A DNA stretch of 64,000 nucleotides from an uncultured Pelagibacteraceae bacterium (GCA_902591755.1 CACJBX010000005.1:18114-82113); one strand, 5' to 3'; positions 37,553 through 47,959 are shown, numbered from the stretch's first letter. The notes: generated by a model not told the origin, from the letters alone. A program made the numbers and translations.

Positions 37553-39019
37553 ATGATTATAAAAGATAGTTTCTCAAAATTTACAAATATCTCAAAATTT
37601 TCTGGATGTATTGCCTTTTTTACTAACGAGAAGTTAGAAATAACTCATTTGAAAAAGTACCTTAATTTTTCAGACCATAAAAACTTAACTGTGCTTTTAA
37701 AGAATAAAAGTAAAAATAAAAAAAAAGGTTTATTGTCTTTTGATTTAAATCCAAATCAAAAAATAATATTAATTCCTTTAAAAAAAAATCAGAAATCAAA
37801 CGAAACAGAAAAACTTGGAGCAAAGCTTACAGATTTTTTAAAAAGTGAGGGGGCAGAAGTTACTCATATTGTTTCAGATACAATATCTGTAAATTTAAAG
37901 CCAGATGCCATTTATGAGTTTTTACATGGAATGAGACTAAAGTCATATTCTTTTGATAGATATAAATCTAAAAAAGAGTCAAACTCTCTAAAAGTAAATA
38001 TTATTTCTTCAAAAAAATTTAATAAAAAAATCTATGATAAATTCAAAGCAATAGAATTAGGAGTTAACTATACAAAAGATTTAGTATCAGAACCTGGAAA
38101 TATATTACACCCAGATGAATATGCTAAAAGGCTAACTCAATTAAAAAAAATTGGTCTTAAAGTTTCCGTTTATAATGAAAAGCAATTAAAAAAAATGGGT
38201 TGCAACGCACTGGTTGGTGTTGGTCAAGGTAGTATTAGAGGCTCGTATTTAGTAACTCTTGAATGGAGAGGAAAAAAATCAAATTCAAAGCCACTAGCAT
38301 TCGTTGGTAAAGGAGTTTGTTTTGATACAGGGGGTATATCTTTAAAGCCTGCAAGGTTCATGGAAGATATGACTTATGATATGGCCGGTTCAGCTGTCGT
38401 TGTGGGTCTTATGAAAAATTTAGCTTTAAGAAAATCAAAAGTTAACGCAGTTGGTGTTGTTGGGTTAGTTGAAAATATGCCAGGGGGTAACGCTCAAAGA
38501 CCTGGAGATATTGTCAAATCTTATAGTGGAAAAACTATTGAGGTATTAAATACTGATGCAGAAGGAAGATTAGTTTTAGCGGATGCCATAACTTTTACAG
38601 AGAAAAAATTTAAACCTAGTTTGATTGTAGATTTAGCAACACTAACTGGCGCTATAGTTGTTGCATTGGGATCAGAGTATGCTGGATTATTTTCTAACAA
38701 CGATAATTTATCTAAGCAAATTCATGAAGCTGGTGAAAAAGTTGAGGAAAAAGCATGGAGACTCCCATTGCACTCTAATTACGATAAACTTATGAATTCC
38801 AAAAATGCAGACATGCAGAATATTAATTATGTTGGTGGAGCAGGCTCGACTACCGCAGCTCAGTTTTTGCAAAGATTTATTTTAAACAAAACACCCTGGG
38901 CTCATTTAGATATTGCTGGGATGGCTTTTTCAAAATATGCTGGCGCTCTTAATTCAAGTGGGGCAACAGGTTATGGAGTAAGATTGTTAAATAAGTTTAT
39001 TGAGGATAACTATGAGTAA
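37553..39019 (+). CDS. pepA: Leucyl aminopeptidase (M17)
   Basis: GKGVCFDTGG, DMAGSA, NTDAEGRL, ATLTGA, HLDIAG. Confidence 0.97.
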   Translation: MIIKDSFSKFTNISKFSGCIAFFTNEKLEITHLKKYLNFSDHKNLTVLLKNKSKNKKKGLLSFDLNPNQKIILIPLKKNQKSNETEKLGAKLTDFLKSEGAEVTHIVSDTISVNLKPDAIYEFLHGMRLKSYSFDRYKSKKESNSLKVNIISSKKFNKKIYDKFKAIELGVNYTKDLVSEPGNILHPDEYAKRLTQLKKIGLKVSVYNEKQLKKMGCNALVGVGQGSIRGSYLVTLEWRGKKSNSKPLAFVGKGVCFDTGGISLKPARFMEDMTYDMAGSAVVVGLMKNLALRKSKVNAVGVVGLVENMPGGNAQRPGDIVKSYSGKTIEVLNTDAEGRLVLADAITFTEKKFKPSLIVDLATLTGAIVVALGSEYAGLFSNNDNLSKQIHEAGEKVEEKAWRLPLHSNYDKLMNSKNADMQNINYVGGAGSTTAAQFLQRFILNKTPWAHLDIAGMAFSKYAGALNSSGATGYGVRLLNKFIEDNYE

Positions 39020-39422
39020 AGTTGAACAAACTCTTTCATTGATTAAACCTGATGCAGTTGAGAGAAATTTAGAAGAGGAAATAAAACAATTTTTTATTAA
39101 ATCTGGTTTTAAAATTACTAAACAAAAAAAAGTAAAATTAGAAAAAAAGGATGCTGAAATTTTTTATAAAGTACATGAAACAAAACCTTTTTATAATGAT
39201 CTTTGTAACTATCTTTCTTCTGGGCCTATTGTTGCAATGATACTTGAAAAGGTTGATGCAGTTTCTGAAAATCGAAAAGTTATGGGAGCAACTGATCCTA
39301 CAAAAGCAGATGAAGGAACAATACGAAAAAAATATGGAATATCCATTGATAAAAATTCAGTTCATGGTTCAGACAGTATTGAAAACGCTAATAAAGAAAT
39401 TAATTTCTTTTTTAAGATCTAA
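39012..39422 (+). CDS. ndk: Nucleoside diphosphate kinase
   Basis: IKPDAV, SGP, MGATDP, NSVHGSDS; ATG at 39012. Confidence 0.97.
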   Translation: MSKVEQTLSLIKPDAVERNLEEEIKQFFIKSGFKITKQKKVKLEKKDAEIFYKVHETKPFYNDLCNYLSSGPIVAMILEKVDAVSENRKVMGATDPTKADEGTIRKKYGISIDKNSVHGSDSIENANKEINFFFKI

Positions 39423-39981
39423 CAAGTTTTTCTAAAATGATAGGATAAAATTTATTCTCTTCTTTAAGTACTCTTTTTTCTAATTCTTTTAAAGTATCTT
39501 TTTTGAAAATCTTAACTTTCTTTTTTGCAATAATCTTACCAGAGTCTAATTTTTTACTTACATAATGTATTGTGCATCCTGAAAATTTTTCTTTAGCTTT
39601 TAAGGCTCTTTTGTGAGTGTTAAGTCCTTTGTACTTTGGTAATAAAGATGGATGAATATTAATTATTTTATCCTTAAAAAAATTAAGAAAATACGGACTT
39701 AAAATTTGCATAAACCCTGCTAAACAAATAAACTTTATATCTTTTTCAATGAGAATTTTTGCTAATTTTTTTTGTTCAATTTTTAAAAATGATTGGGAAA
39801 TAACTTTAGTTATAATTTTATTTTTTCTTGCAATTTTTAATCCAGCAGCATTCCTTTTATTACTTACAACATATGCAATTTTATAATTACAAGTTTTGTT
39901 CTTTGATCTTAAAATTAAAGCTTTAAGATTTGTTCCCCTTCCAGAGATAAAAACTGCAATATTAGCCTTTTCCTTGATCAC
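39412..39981 (-). CDS. purN: Phosphoribosylglycinamide formyltransferase
   Basis: ISGRGTNL, LAGFM, NIHPSLLP, GCTIH, LDSG. Confidence 0.96.
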   Translation of the reverse strand: MIKEKANIAVFISGRGTNLKALILRSKNKTCNYKIAYVVSNKRNAAGLKIARKNKIITKVISQSFLKIEQKKLAKILIEKDIKFICLAGFMQILSPYFLNFFKDKIINIHPSLLPKYKGLNTHKRALKAKEKFSGCTIHYVSKKLDSGKIIAKKKVKIFKKDTLKELEKRVLKEENKFYPIILEKLVRS

Positions 39982-39982
39982 A

Positions 39983-41008
39983 TTACCAACGTATATTGTT
40001 AGTATATTTTACTTTACTTTTATTTTTAATTATTTCTCCAATTATGTAGGGGCGGTATTTCTTTGAAAAAAACTTTAAAATTTTGTGAAAATTATTTTTT
40101 TTTATTATCAAACAAAAACCCACACCACAATTAAAAGTTTTCAGCATTTCTTTTTGAGAAACACCGTTTTTGTTGATCCAGCTAAAAATTTTATGGGTTT
40201 TTATTTTGTCTAAATCTATTCTTGCACAAAGATTTTTTGGTATTACTCTTTCAATATTGTCACTAATACCTCCACCTGTTACATTTGCACATCCATTAAT
40301 TAGTTTTCTATCAAGCAAATTCATAATCTCTTTTACATAAATTTTAGTGGGTTTTAATATTTCATTCCGTAAAAATTTATTTTTTTTTATATTAATTTTC
40401 TTTTTTTTTAAAACTTCTCTTAATAATGAATATCCATTTGAATGAAGTCCGCTAGAAGGTATTGCTAAAATCAAATTATTTTCTTTTATCTTTTCCTTCT
40501 TTAACACATTATTCTTGTTTACAAGTCCTACAGAAAATCCAGCCAAATCAAATTTATTTTTAGAGTAGGTTCCTGGCATTTCAGCTGTTTCTCCGCCGAC
40601 TAATTGACAGTCACTCATTTTGCAACCTTCATGTATACCTTTAATAATATTTTTTAATTTTGTTAAATTTATTTTATCAATTGAAATGTAATCTAAGAAA
40701 AAAAGTGGTTTTGCTCCAAGTACCAGAATATCATTTACACACATTGCAACCAAATCTATTCCAATTGTATTAAACTTATTTAAAATATTTGCTATTTCAA
40801 GTTTGGTTCCAACACCATCAGTGCTACTTACCAATAAAGGATTATTAAATTTTTTTGGAATTTCGTTAATTGAACCAAAACTACCTATATTTTTAAATTT
40901 ATTTTTAGAATTTCCTTTTTTGGTTAATTTAGATATATATTTAATGAATTGATTAGATGCATTTATGTTTACTCCGCTTTTTTGATATGTAAATTTATAT
41001 TTTTTCAT
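39983..41008 (-). CDS. purM: Phosphoribosylformylglycinamidine cyclo-ligase (AIR synthetase)
   Basis: STDGVGTK, DLVAMCVND, GGETAEMPG, SSGLHSNGYS, TFNCGVG. Confidence 0.97.
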   Translation of the reverse strand: MKKYKFTYQKSGVNINASNQFIKYISKLTKKGNSKNKFKNIGSFGSINEIPKKFNNPLLVSSTDGVGTKLEIANILNKFNTIGIDLVAMCVNDILVLGAKPLFFLDYISIDKINLTKLKNIIKGIHEGCKMSDCQLVGGETAEMPGTYSKNKFDLAGFSVGLVNKNNVLKKEKIKENNLILAIPSSGLHSNGYSLLREVLKKKKINIKKNKFLRNEILKPTKIYVKEIMNLLDRKLINGCANVTGGGISDNIERVIPKNLCARIDLDKIKTHKIFSWINKNGVSQKEMLKTFNCGVGFCLIIKKNNFHKILKFFSKKYRPYIIGEIIKNKSKVKYTNNIRW

Positions 41009-41016
41009 AATTTAAA

Positions 41017-42093
41017 ATGTTTTTAAAAAAAAATTTTTTGAAGCCCTCATCTTATATAGTTTTTACTATATTTGTAATATTTTTTATTTGTTTTATTCAC
41101 ACTAATACTTTTGGCAAAATTTTCAAAATTCAAGACATAGAAATTGAAGAGCCTTTTAATTCAAATTTTAATAAGGAAAAAGTTATCAATAAAGCATTTG
41201 ATGAAGCCTTTGATATTCTTTTAAATAGCTTAATAACCTCCAATGATAAAAATAAAATTAAAAATACACAATTAAAAGATATTAAATATCTTGTCGACTC
41301 CTTCACTATTACAAATGAACAGTTCCTAAATAAAAATTATCAAGCAAATTTCGAGGTAAATTTTGATAAGCCTAAAATTTTAAATTTTTTTGAAAAGAAA
41401 AATATATTTCCATCAATGTACAAAAAAAAAGAATTTCTGACATTGCTTATTCTTATAGATAATGATGAGGACAGCGCTCTCTTATTTGATAGAAATCCCT
41501 TCTATACAAAATGGAATGATAATACAAAAAACTTTTCCCAAATATATTATGTTTTACATGAAGAAGACATTCTCGATCTAAAGTTTATTAACGAAAACAA
41601 AGATATAATTGAAAATTTTAAATTTAATCAAATTGTAAAAAAATATGATACAGAGGATTACATAATTGCAATATATTTTAAGAACAAGAATAATTTAAGG
41701 GTGCTTTCAAAAATGTTTTATGAAGGTAAAGTAAAGATTTCAAATCAAAGTTATAAAAAAGTTGATATTTCGGATGATTTACAACTATTAAATATTATTG
41801 AAAAAACTAAGATTTTTTTTGAAGATACTTGGAAACAAAACAACCAAATTAATACCTCAATCAAACTTCCAATAAATATTTCTGTTAATTCAAAAAAAGT
41901 TAAACAAATTCGATTAATTGAAAATTATTTAGCACAGCTTGATTTGGTTTCAAACTTTTATGTTACAAGTTTTAATAATAATAATACAATTTATAAAATA
42001 ATTTTTAATGGTAATCCAAATCAGTTTTTAACCTTAATGAAAGAAAAAGATATCGACATCGATACTAATCAAGAAATATGGAAAGTAAGATAA
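41017..42093 (+). CDS. Exported hypothetical protein (DUF2066-like)
   Basis: N-terminal signal/TM segment; family guess rests mainly on purM-X-hda synteny. Confidence 0.55.
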   Translation: MFLKKNFLKPSSYIVFTIFVIFFICFIHTNTFGKIFKIQDIEIEEPFNSNFNKEKVINKAFDEAFDILLNSLITSNDKNKIKNTQLKDIKYLVDSFTITNEQFLNKNYQANFEVNFDKPKILNFFEKKNIFPSMYKKKEFLTLLILIDNDEDSALLFDRNPFYTKWNDNTKNFSQIYYVLHEEDILDLKFINENKDIIENFKFNQIVKKYDTEDYIIAIYFKNKNNLRVLSKMFYEGKVKISNQSYKKVDISDDLQLLNIIEKTKIFFEDTWKQNNQINTSIKLPINISVNSKKVKQIRLIENYLAQLDLVSNFYVTSFNNNNTIYKIIFNGNPNQFLTLMKEKDIDIDTNQEIWKVR

Positions 42094-42758
42094 GAGACCT
42101 AAGGCAAGAAATATTTAAATTTGATCAATTATCAAATTTTGATAAAAATGATTTTTTTGTAAGCGAATGTAATTATTTTGCATTTAATTTAATTAAAAGC
42201 TGGCCTAATTGGGAAAAAAAAATATTAAATATTTTTGGTGAACGGAAATCAGGCAAGTCTCATTTATCAGAAATTTTTTTAGAAAACAAAAAAGGTGTCA
42301 AATTTAAATTCAAAGATTTGAATAATAAAATATTTGATAGAATTAAGGGATATGAAAGTATTGTAATTGAAGATTTTAATGAAAGATGTGATGAGGAAGT
42401 AGCTTATTCTTTAATTGATATGGTTGAAAAAGAGAACAAATACTTATTAATAACATCTGTGAGAGCTGTAAATGAGATGCAGACAAGCCTTAAAGATTTG
42501 AATTCAAGGTTTAAAAACATTCTTACAGCGAAAATCGACAAACCAGATGATGAACTTATTCACGCACTTATTGTTAAGAATTTTTCAGATAACCAAATAA
42601 TTTTAGATAAAAAACTAATAAATTTTATCTGTAAAAGAATAACTAGATCTTACGAAAAAATATCTGAATTTATATGTACAATTGACGAAATTAGTTTAAA
42701 AAAAAAAAAACCTATTAATTTGAAAATAATTAAAGAAATTTTAGGAGTATCAAATTGA
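42078..42758 (+). CDS. hda: DnaA-related protein HdaA/Hda
   Basis: N-terminal clamp-binding-like QEIFKF, FFVSECN, GERKSGKS, DLNSR. Confidence 0.82.
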   Translation: MESKIRDLRQEIFKFDQLSNFDKNDFFVSECNYFAFNLIKSWPNWEKKILNIFGERKSGKSHLSEIFLENKKGVKFKFKDLNNKIFDRIKGYESIVIEDFNERCDEEVAYSLIDMVEKENKYLLITSVRAVNEMQTSLKDLNSRFKNILTAKIDKPDDELIHALIVKNFSDNQIILDKKLINFICKRITRSYEKISEFICTIDEISLKKKKPINLKIIKEILGVSN

Positions 42759-44542
42759 ATAAATTTAGAACACATTCTTGTGGTGAACTTACAAAAAAAT
42801 TTACTAAAAAAAATGTAATATTATCTGGCTGGATAAATAAAAAAAGAGATCATGGAAATCTTCTTTTTGTCGACCTCAGAGATCATTACGGTATAACACA
42901 ATGTGTAATTGATAAAGAAAATAAATTTTTTAAAGAATTAGAAAAACTTCAACTTGAAACAGTTATCAAAGTAAATGGAATAGTTATTGAAAGAACCGAA
43001 GAGACAATTAATAAAGATCTTTTAACAGGGGAGATTGAAGTTGCTATTGAAAAATTTGAAATAATTGGAAAAACAAAAGAATTACCCCTTCCTGTTTTTA
43101 GTGATCAGGAATATTCTGAGGAAATAAGACTTAAGTATAGGTTTCTTGATTTAAGAAGAAAACAAATTCATAATAATATTATCTTAAGATCAAAAGTAAT
43201 TTCTTTTATCAGAAAAGAAATGGAGAAGATGGATTTTTTAGAGTTTCAAACACCCATATTAACTTCATCAAGTCCTGAGGGAGCAAGAGACTTTCTTGTT
43301 CCAAGCAGATTAAATCCTGGAAAATTTTATGCTCTACCTCAGGCACCTCAACAATTCAAACAACTAATAATGATTTCAGGATTTGATAAATATTTTCAAA
43401 TTGCACCTTGCTTCAGAGATGAGGATGCAAGAGCAGATAGAAGTCCTGGTGAATTTTATCAACTGGATATAGAGATGTCATTTGTTGAGCAAGAAGATGT
43501 TTTTTCAGTAATTGAAAATCTGTTTCTAAAATTATTTAAAGAATTTTCGAATAAACAATTAGCAAGTGAAAAGTTTCCTAGAATAAAATATTCAGAGGCA
43601 ATTGAAAAATATGGAACAGATAAACCTGATCTTAGAAATCCACTGGTAATTTCGAATATTACAGAAATTTTTAGCAGAGAAGATGTTAAATTTGATATTT
43701 TTAAAAGAGAAGTTTCAAAAGGTAAAGTTGTAAAAGCAATCATTACAAAGAACACAAAAGACAAACCAAGAAGTTTTTTTGATAATATTGATAATTGGGC
43801 TAAGAAAGAAGGTTCAGGCGGTTTAGCATATTTCACTTTTATTGAAGAAAATAATAAAATTGTAGGCAAAGGTCCTATTGGAAAGTTTTTTTCTTCTGAA
43901 GCTTGTGAAAAAATTTTGAAGTTAACTAATTCTAAAATTGGTGACAGTATTTTCATGTCATGCGGACAAAAAAAAGATGTTGAAAAAATTCTTTCTTTAG
44001 CTAGGAACAAAATCGCTGAGGATCTAAATTTAATATCTGATGATATATTTTCATTTTGTTGGATAATTGATTATCCTATGTATGAAATAGATGAAAAGAC
44101 AAAAAAAATAAAATTTAGTCATAATCCCTTTTCTATGCCCCAAGGAGATATAAAAGATATTGATTTTTCCAAACCACTAGAAATGAAAGCATATCAATAT
44201 GATATTGTTTGTAATGGAATAGAATTATCTTCTGGAGCGATTAGAAATCATATTCCGGGATTAATGTATAAACTTTTTGAAATAGCTGGATACAAAAAAA
44301 AAGATGTAGATAGTAAATTTAGTGGAATGATAAATGCATTAAGTTATGGCGCCCCTCCTCATGGTGGAATAGCTCCAGGAATTGACAGGATAGTAATGCT
44401 ACTCGCAAATGAGGAAAATATTAGAGAGGTAACAATGTTCCCAATGAATCAGAATGCTCAAGATTTGATGATGTTGGCGCCTTCAGAAGTCAGTACAGAA
44501 CAATTAAAAGAACTTCAACTCTCAATTACAAAAAAAAAATAG
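42755..44542 (+). CDS. aspS: Aspartate-tRNA ligase (likely non-discriminating Asp/Asn)
   Basis: RTHSCG, RDHG (His typical of ND enzymes), PEGARDFLVP, FRDED, GAPPHGGIAPGIDR; TTG start overlapping the hda stop. Confidence 0.97.
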   Translation: MNKFRTHSCGELTKKFTKKNVILSGWINKKRDHGNLLFVDLRDHYGITQCVIDKENKFFKELEKLQLETVIKVNGIVIERTEETINKDLLTGEIEVAIEKFEIIGKTKELPLPVFSDQEYSEEIRLKYRFLDLRRKQIHNNIILRSKVISFIRKEMEKMDFLEFQTPILTSSSPEGARDFLVPSRLNPGKFYALPQAPQQFKQLIMISGFDKYFQIAPCFRDEDARADRSPGEFYQLDIEMSFVEQEDVFSVIENLFLKLFKEFSNKQLASEKFPRIKYSEAIEKYGTDKPDLRNPLVISNITEIFSREDVKFDIFKREVSKGKVVKAIITKNTKDKPRSFFDNIDNWAKKEGSGGLAYFTFIEENNKIVGKGPIGKFFSSEACEKILKLTNSKIGDSIFMSCGQKKDVEKILSLARNKIAEDLNLISDDIFSFCWIIDYPMYEIDEKTKKIKFSHNPFSMPQGDIKDIDFSKPLEMKAYQYDIVCNGIELSSGAIRNHIPGLMYKLFEIAGYKKKDVDSKFSGMINALSYGAPPHGGIAPGIDRIVMLLANEENIREVTMFPMNQNAQDLMMLAPSEVSTEQLKELQLSITKKK

Positions 44543-45373
44543 TTATTTTTTACCCTTAAGATTTATCCTGATATCAGACAAGTCTATAAGTTTTCTTTTA
44601 TAGTCATTTCTTACAAAACCCTTGCTGGTGATGTCTTTAACTATTTTAATTAATTCGTTATTTTCATCACTCATAATACCTGTATTTGTTTCTCCGATTT
44701 TGTCAGATCTACCAATTGAAGGTGTGTGAGCAAGGTCTTCTCTATTTAAATAGGAGATAGCAAGTTCTCTAAAAATATAATCTAAAATAGATGAGGCAGA
44801 AAGAATTCTATCATTGCCATAAACTTTTCCTGATGGTTCAAATTTTGTATCTACATAAGCGCTAACAAATTCATCTAATGGGACGCCATATTGTAAACCT
44901 AAAGATATAGCTATTGCAAAATTATTCATCAAAGCTTTCACTAGCTCACCTTCTTTACTTGTATCTATAAAAATTTCACCAATCTTCCCATCCTCATATT
45001 CACCTGTATGTAAATAGACTTTATGATCTCCTATGGTAGCTTTTTGAATATAACCTTTTCTTCTGTCGGGCATACCGAATCTTTTATTCACTGATTCATT
45101 AAAGTTTTTGACAAGGTTACTATTCATATTTTTATTATCATCAATTTTGTTTACTTTTTTAATTTGTTTTTCTTTTTCTGAGAGATTATCAACTGTTTTA
45201 AGATTTTTGTCTAAACTCTTGGTTTTTCGATTATCAATTTTCATGTCTAATATTTCAAATTTTCCATCCTCTTTTTTTTCGAGATTTTCCAATTCTTTTT
45301 CATCTATTTTATCTAAGTAGTGACTGACTTTAAAAGTACAGGTATAAAAGGTTTCAACGAGATATTTTGCCAT
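44543..45373 (-). CDS. Stand-alone protein carrying only the C-terminal (TSCPD-type) domain of class II ribonucleotide reductase NrdJ
   Basis: [11 protein letters not shown][23 protein letters not shown], [21 protein letters not shown] match the alphaproteobacterial NrdJ tail. No NPCxE catalytic motif; 276 aa. Confidence 0.8.
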   Translation of the reverse strand: MAKYLVETFYTCTFKVSHYLDKIDEKELENLEKKEDGKFEILDMKIDNRKTKSLDKNLKTVDNLSEKEKQIKKVNKIDDNKNMNSNLVKNFNESVNKRFGMPDRRKGYIQKATIGDHKVYLHTGEYEDGKIGEIFIDTSKEGELVKALMNNFAIAISLGLQYGVPLDEFVSAYVDTKFEPSGKVYGNDRILSASSILDYIFRELAISYLNREDLAHTPSIGRSDKIGETNTGIMSDENNELIKIVKDITSKGFVRNDYKRKLIDLSDIRINLKGKK

Positions 45374-45410
45374 TATAATTTCCTTATTTGTTTTGAGTCT
45401 TTGAGATTCT

Positions 45411-45440
45411 ATTGTATATACAAAATTAATTTTTAGTCTA
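45411..45440 (-). promoter_or_regulatory. Candidate promoter of the NrdJ-tail gene overlapped by a perfect 12-bp palindrome
   Basis: TTGTATATACAA at 45412-45423; minus strand TAGACT-18 nt-TACAAT. Confidence 0.45.
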
Positions 45441-45483
45441 ATTTATTTTTTACAATTTAAAATTGAAAAAAAACTAATTTTTT

Positions 45484-45840
45484 ATGTTGACTCTATTTAA
45501 ACAAATTTTTACCTGGTGGAATCACCAAACTTTAGGCACACGGCTTCACACGTTTTTTAAAGGAAGGTTTGTTGGTAAAGATAAAAATGGAAACAAATAC
45601 TATGAGAGTAAAAATGGTAAAAGATGGGTCATATATAATGGGGAAGTAGACTCAACTAAAATACCAAATGAGTGGTTTTCTTGGATTCATTATACAAAAA
45701 ATAAAATAGAAAAAGTTCAAGATCAAAAAAAATTTTCATGGCAAAAATCTCATCAGCCAAATCTAACTGGCACAGACAAAGCCTATCATCCAAAAAAAAG
45801 CGAAAATGAAAATAAAAAGTATAGATCTTGGAAAGAGTAA
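45484..45840 (+). CDS. NADH:ubiquinone oxidoreductase NDUFA12 (17.2 kDa) family protein
   Basis: FTWW, VGKDKNGNKYY, RWVIY, IPNEWFSWIH, PNLTGT. Confidence 0.93.
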   Translation: MLTLFKQIFTWWNHQTLGTRLHTFFKGRFVGKDKNGNKYYESKNGKRWVIYNGEVDSTKIPNEWFSWIHYTKNKIEKVQDQKKFSWQKSHQPNLTGTDKAYHPKKSENENKKYRSWKE

Positions 45841-46207
45841 GATAACAATAATCTCAGTTTTATTCTATCTTTTTACGATATGCATTGTTCATGCTGATGA
45901 TCTTGATTACTTTGGGAAAAAAATTGATATTAGAATTTTAGATAAGCTTAGTTCCAAAAGTAAATTATTAAAATTAAATATTGGTGAAAATTTTTTATAC
46001 AAGAATTTAGAAATTAAAGTTTTGAAATGTAAAAATTCTAAATTCGATGATAATCCAGAAATAACCACATATCTTCAAGTTAAAGATAACAAGATTTCCA
46101 ATAATGATGAAGTTTTTGTCTTCAACGGCTGGACTTTTTCATCTAGTCCGTCAGTCCAAGTTTTTGATCATCCAGTTTATGATCTATGGATCTTAAAATG
46201 TTATTAA
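45806..46207 (+). CDS. DUF2155 family exported protein
   Basis: ILDKLS, FNGWTFSSSPS, FDHPVYDLWILKC. Confidence 0.88.
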   Translation: MKIKSIDLGKSKITIISVLFYLFTICIVHADDLDYFGKKIDIRILDKLSSKSKLLKLNIGENFLYKNLEIKVLKCKNSKFDDNPEITTYLQVKDNKISNNDEVFVFNGWTFSSSPSVQVFDHPVYDLWILKCY

Positions 46208-47541
46208 ACAATTTTTTCATTATCCAACCAAGTTACATTAAATTTTGAATCAATAAATTTTTCATGATTTAATAGTTTTTTATGCAACTTAATTGTAGTT
46301 GTAATTCCCTCTATAACAAATTCATCTAAAGATCTTAGTGTTCGCTGTATTGCCTCTGTTCTGTTTCTACCATGGCAAATCAGCTTACATACCATACTAT
46401 CATAATAGGGTGTTACTTTAAAACCCTGATAAATTGAGCTATCTACTCTAGTTCTAAACCCAGATGGTTGATGACACATTCCGATTAATCCAGGGGATGG
46501 CTGAAAATTTCTACTTGGATCCTCTGCGTTTATTCTACATTCAATAGCATGGCCTCTCGGGCTAATATCACTTTGCTTCAATGCAGTATTTCCACTATAT
46601 GCAATCCATATTTGCTCTTTAATAATATCTATTCCGGTAACCATCTCTGTAACAGGATGTTCAACTTGAACACGTGTATTCATTTCTAAAAAATAAAATT
46701 TACCATCTTCATAAATAAACTCTACTGTTCCAGCTCCTTCATAACCAATTTTTGAAACCATATTAACAGTCCTGTCGAAGAGGTCTTTACGAACTTCATC
46801 TGTTAAAACAGGACTTGGAGTTTCTTCAATTAGTTTTTGATGTCGTCTTTGAACAGAACAATCTCTTTCGTGCAAGTGAACTGTATGATTTTTACCAGAA
46901 AGAACCTGAACTTCAATATGACGTGGATTTTGAAAAAATTTTTCAATATATACTTCATCATTTGCAAAAAACTTTTTAGCCTCTGATTTTGCAGTCATAA
47001 ATAAGTTATCAAATTCCTTTTCAGACCTAACAATTTTCATTCCTTTTCCACCACCACCACCGGCAGCTTTTATAAGTATAGGGAAACCAATTTCTCTAGC
47101 TAACTTTTTACCACTTTCTAAATCTGAAATACCACCTTCAGAACCTTCAATAACAGGCAAACCATATTTTTTCGCAATTTTTTTTGCCTCAATTTTATCA
47201 CCCATCATTTTAATAAGTTTTGAAGAAGGTCCAATAAATTTTATATTGTTTTCTTCTAACATGCTCGCAAAATTAGAATTTTCTGACAAAAAACCGTACC
47301 CTGGATGTACTGCCTCAGAGTTGGTAATTTCTATTGCTGATAATATTGCAGGAATGTTTAAATAACTATTTGCAGGTTGATGTGAACCTACGCAAATACT
47401 TTCGTCAGCCAATTTCACATGCATACTTTCTTTATCTACGTCTGAATGTATTGCGACTGTCTGAATTCCCCATTCTTTACATGCTCTAATAATCCTTACA
47501 GCTATCTCACCTCTATTAGCTATTAAAATTTTTTTGAACAT
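46204..47541 (-). CDS. accC: Acetyl-CoA carboxylase biotin carboxylase subunit
   Basis: ANRGEIA, HPGYGFLSEN, GGGGKGM, EMNTRVQVEHPVTE, YYDSM. Confidence 0.97.
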   Translation of the reverse strand: MFKKILIANRGEIAVRIIRACKEWGIQTVAIHSDVDKESMHVKLADESICVGSHQPANSYLNIPAILSAIEITNSEAVHPGYGFLSENSNFASMLEENNIKFIGPSSKLIKMMGDKIEAKKIAKKYGLPVIEGSEGGISDLESGKKLAREIGFPILIKAAGGGGGKGMKIVRSEKEFDNLFMTAKSEAKKFFANDEVYIEKFFQNPRHIEVQVLSGKNHTVHLHERDCSVQRRHQKLIEETPSPVLTDEVRKDLFDRTVNMVSKIGYEGAGTVEFIYEDGKFYFLEMNTRVQVEHPVTEMVTGIDIIKEQIWIAYSGNTALKQSDISPRGHAIECRINAEDPSRNFQPSPGLIGMCHQPSGFRTRVDSSIYQGFKVTPYYDSMVCKLICHGRNRTEAIQRTLRSLDEFVIEGITTTIKLHKKLLNHEKFIDSKFNVTWLDNEKIV

Positions 47542-47542
47542 T

Positions 47543-47959
47543 TTAATCGATTATTACAAGTGTCTGACCGTATTCAACAGGTTGACCATCTTCAACATTT
47601 ACACTTTTTACAACACCATCTTTAGGGGAAGGTACATGGTTCATTGTTTTCATAGCTTCAACTATCATGACAGTATCACCTTTTTTGATTTTTTTTCCAT
47701 TCTCAACAAATTTTTTTGCCCCCGGTTCAGGAGCTAAATAAGCTGTTCCAATAATTGGGGATTTTATCTCAGTTCCAGATACTGTCTCATCTTTTTTATT
47801 GTTTTTTTCTATTGTAATTGTTGGAGAGATATTTTGACTAGTTTGAATTTTTCTTGATACTTTTATTTTAATATCTTTTTCAGAATACTCCAACTCAGTA
47901 AGTTTAAATTCCTCTAAGTTTTCAACAAGTTCTTTAATTAATTTTTTATTTATTTTCAT
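47543..47959 (-). CDS. accB: Biotin carboxyl carrier protein
   Basis: EAMKTMN biotinylation motif. Confidence 0.96.
   Translation of the reverse strand: MKINKKLIKELVENLEEFKLTELEYSEKDIKIKVSRKIQTSQNISPTITIEKNNKKDETVSGTEIKSPIIGTAYLAPEPGAKKFVENGKKIKKGDTVMIVEAMKTMNHVPSPKDGVVKSVNVEDGQPVEYGQTLVIID

Noticed and set aside
42698-42710. A13 homopolymer near the end of hda as a phase-variation or slippage site
   Set aside because: It is in frame (LKKKKP) near the C-terminus, and long A/T runs are common throughout the window.
44543-45373. Calling this a functional class II RNR or a decaying pseudogene
   Set aside because: It is too short and lacks catalytic motifs for an RNR, yet the ORF is intact with an RBS, so neither label fits.
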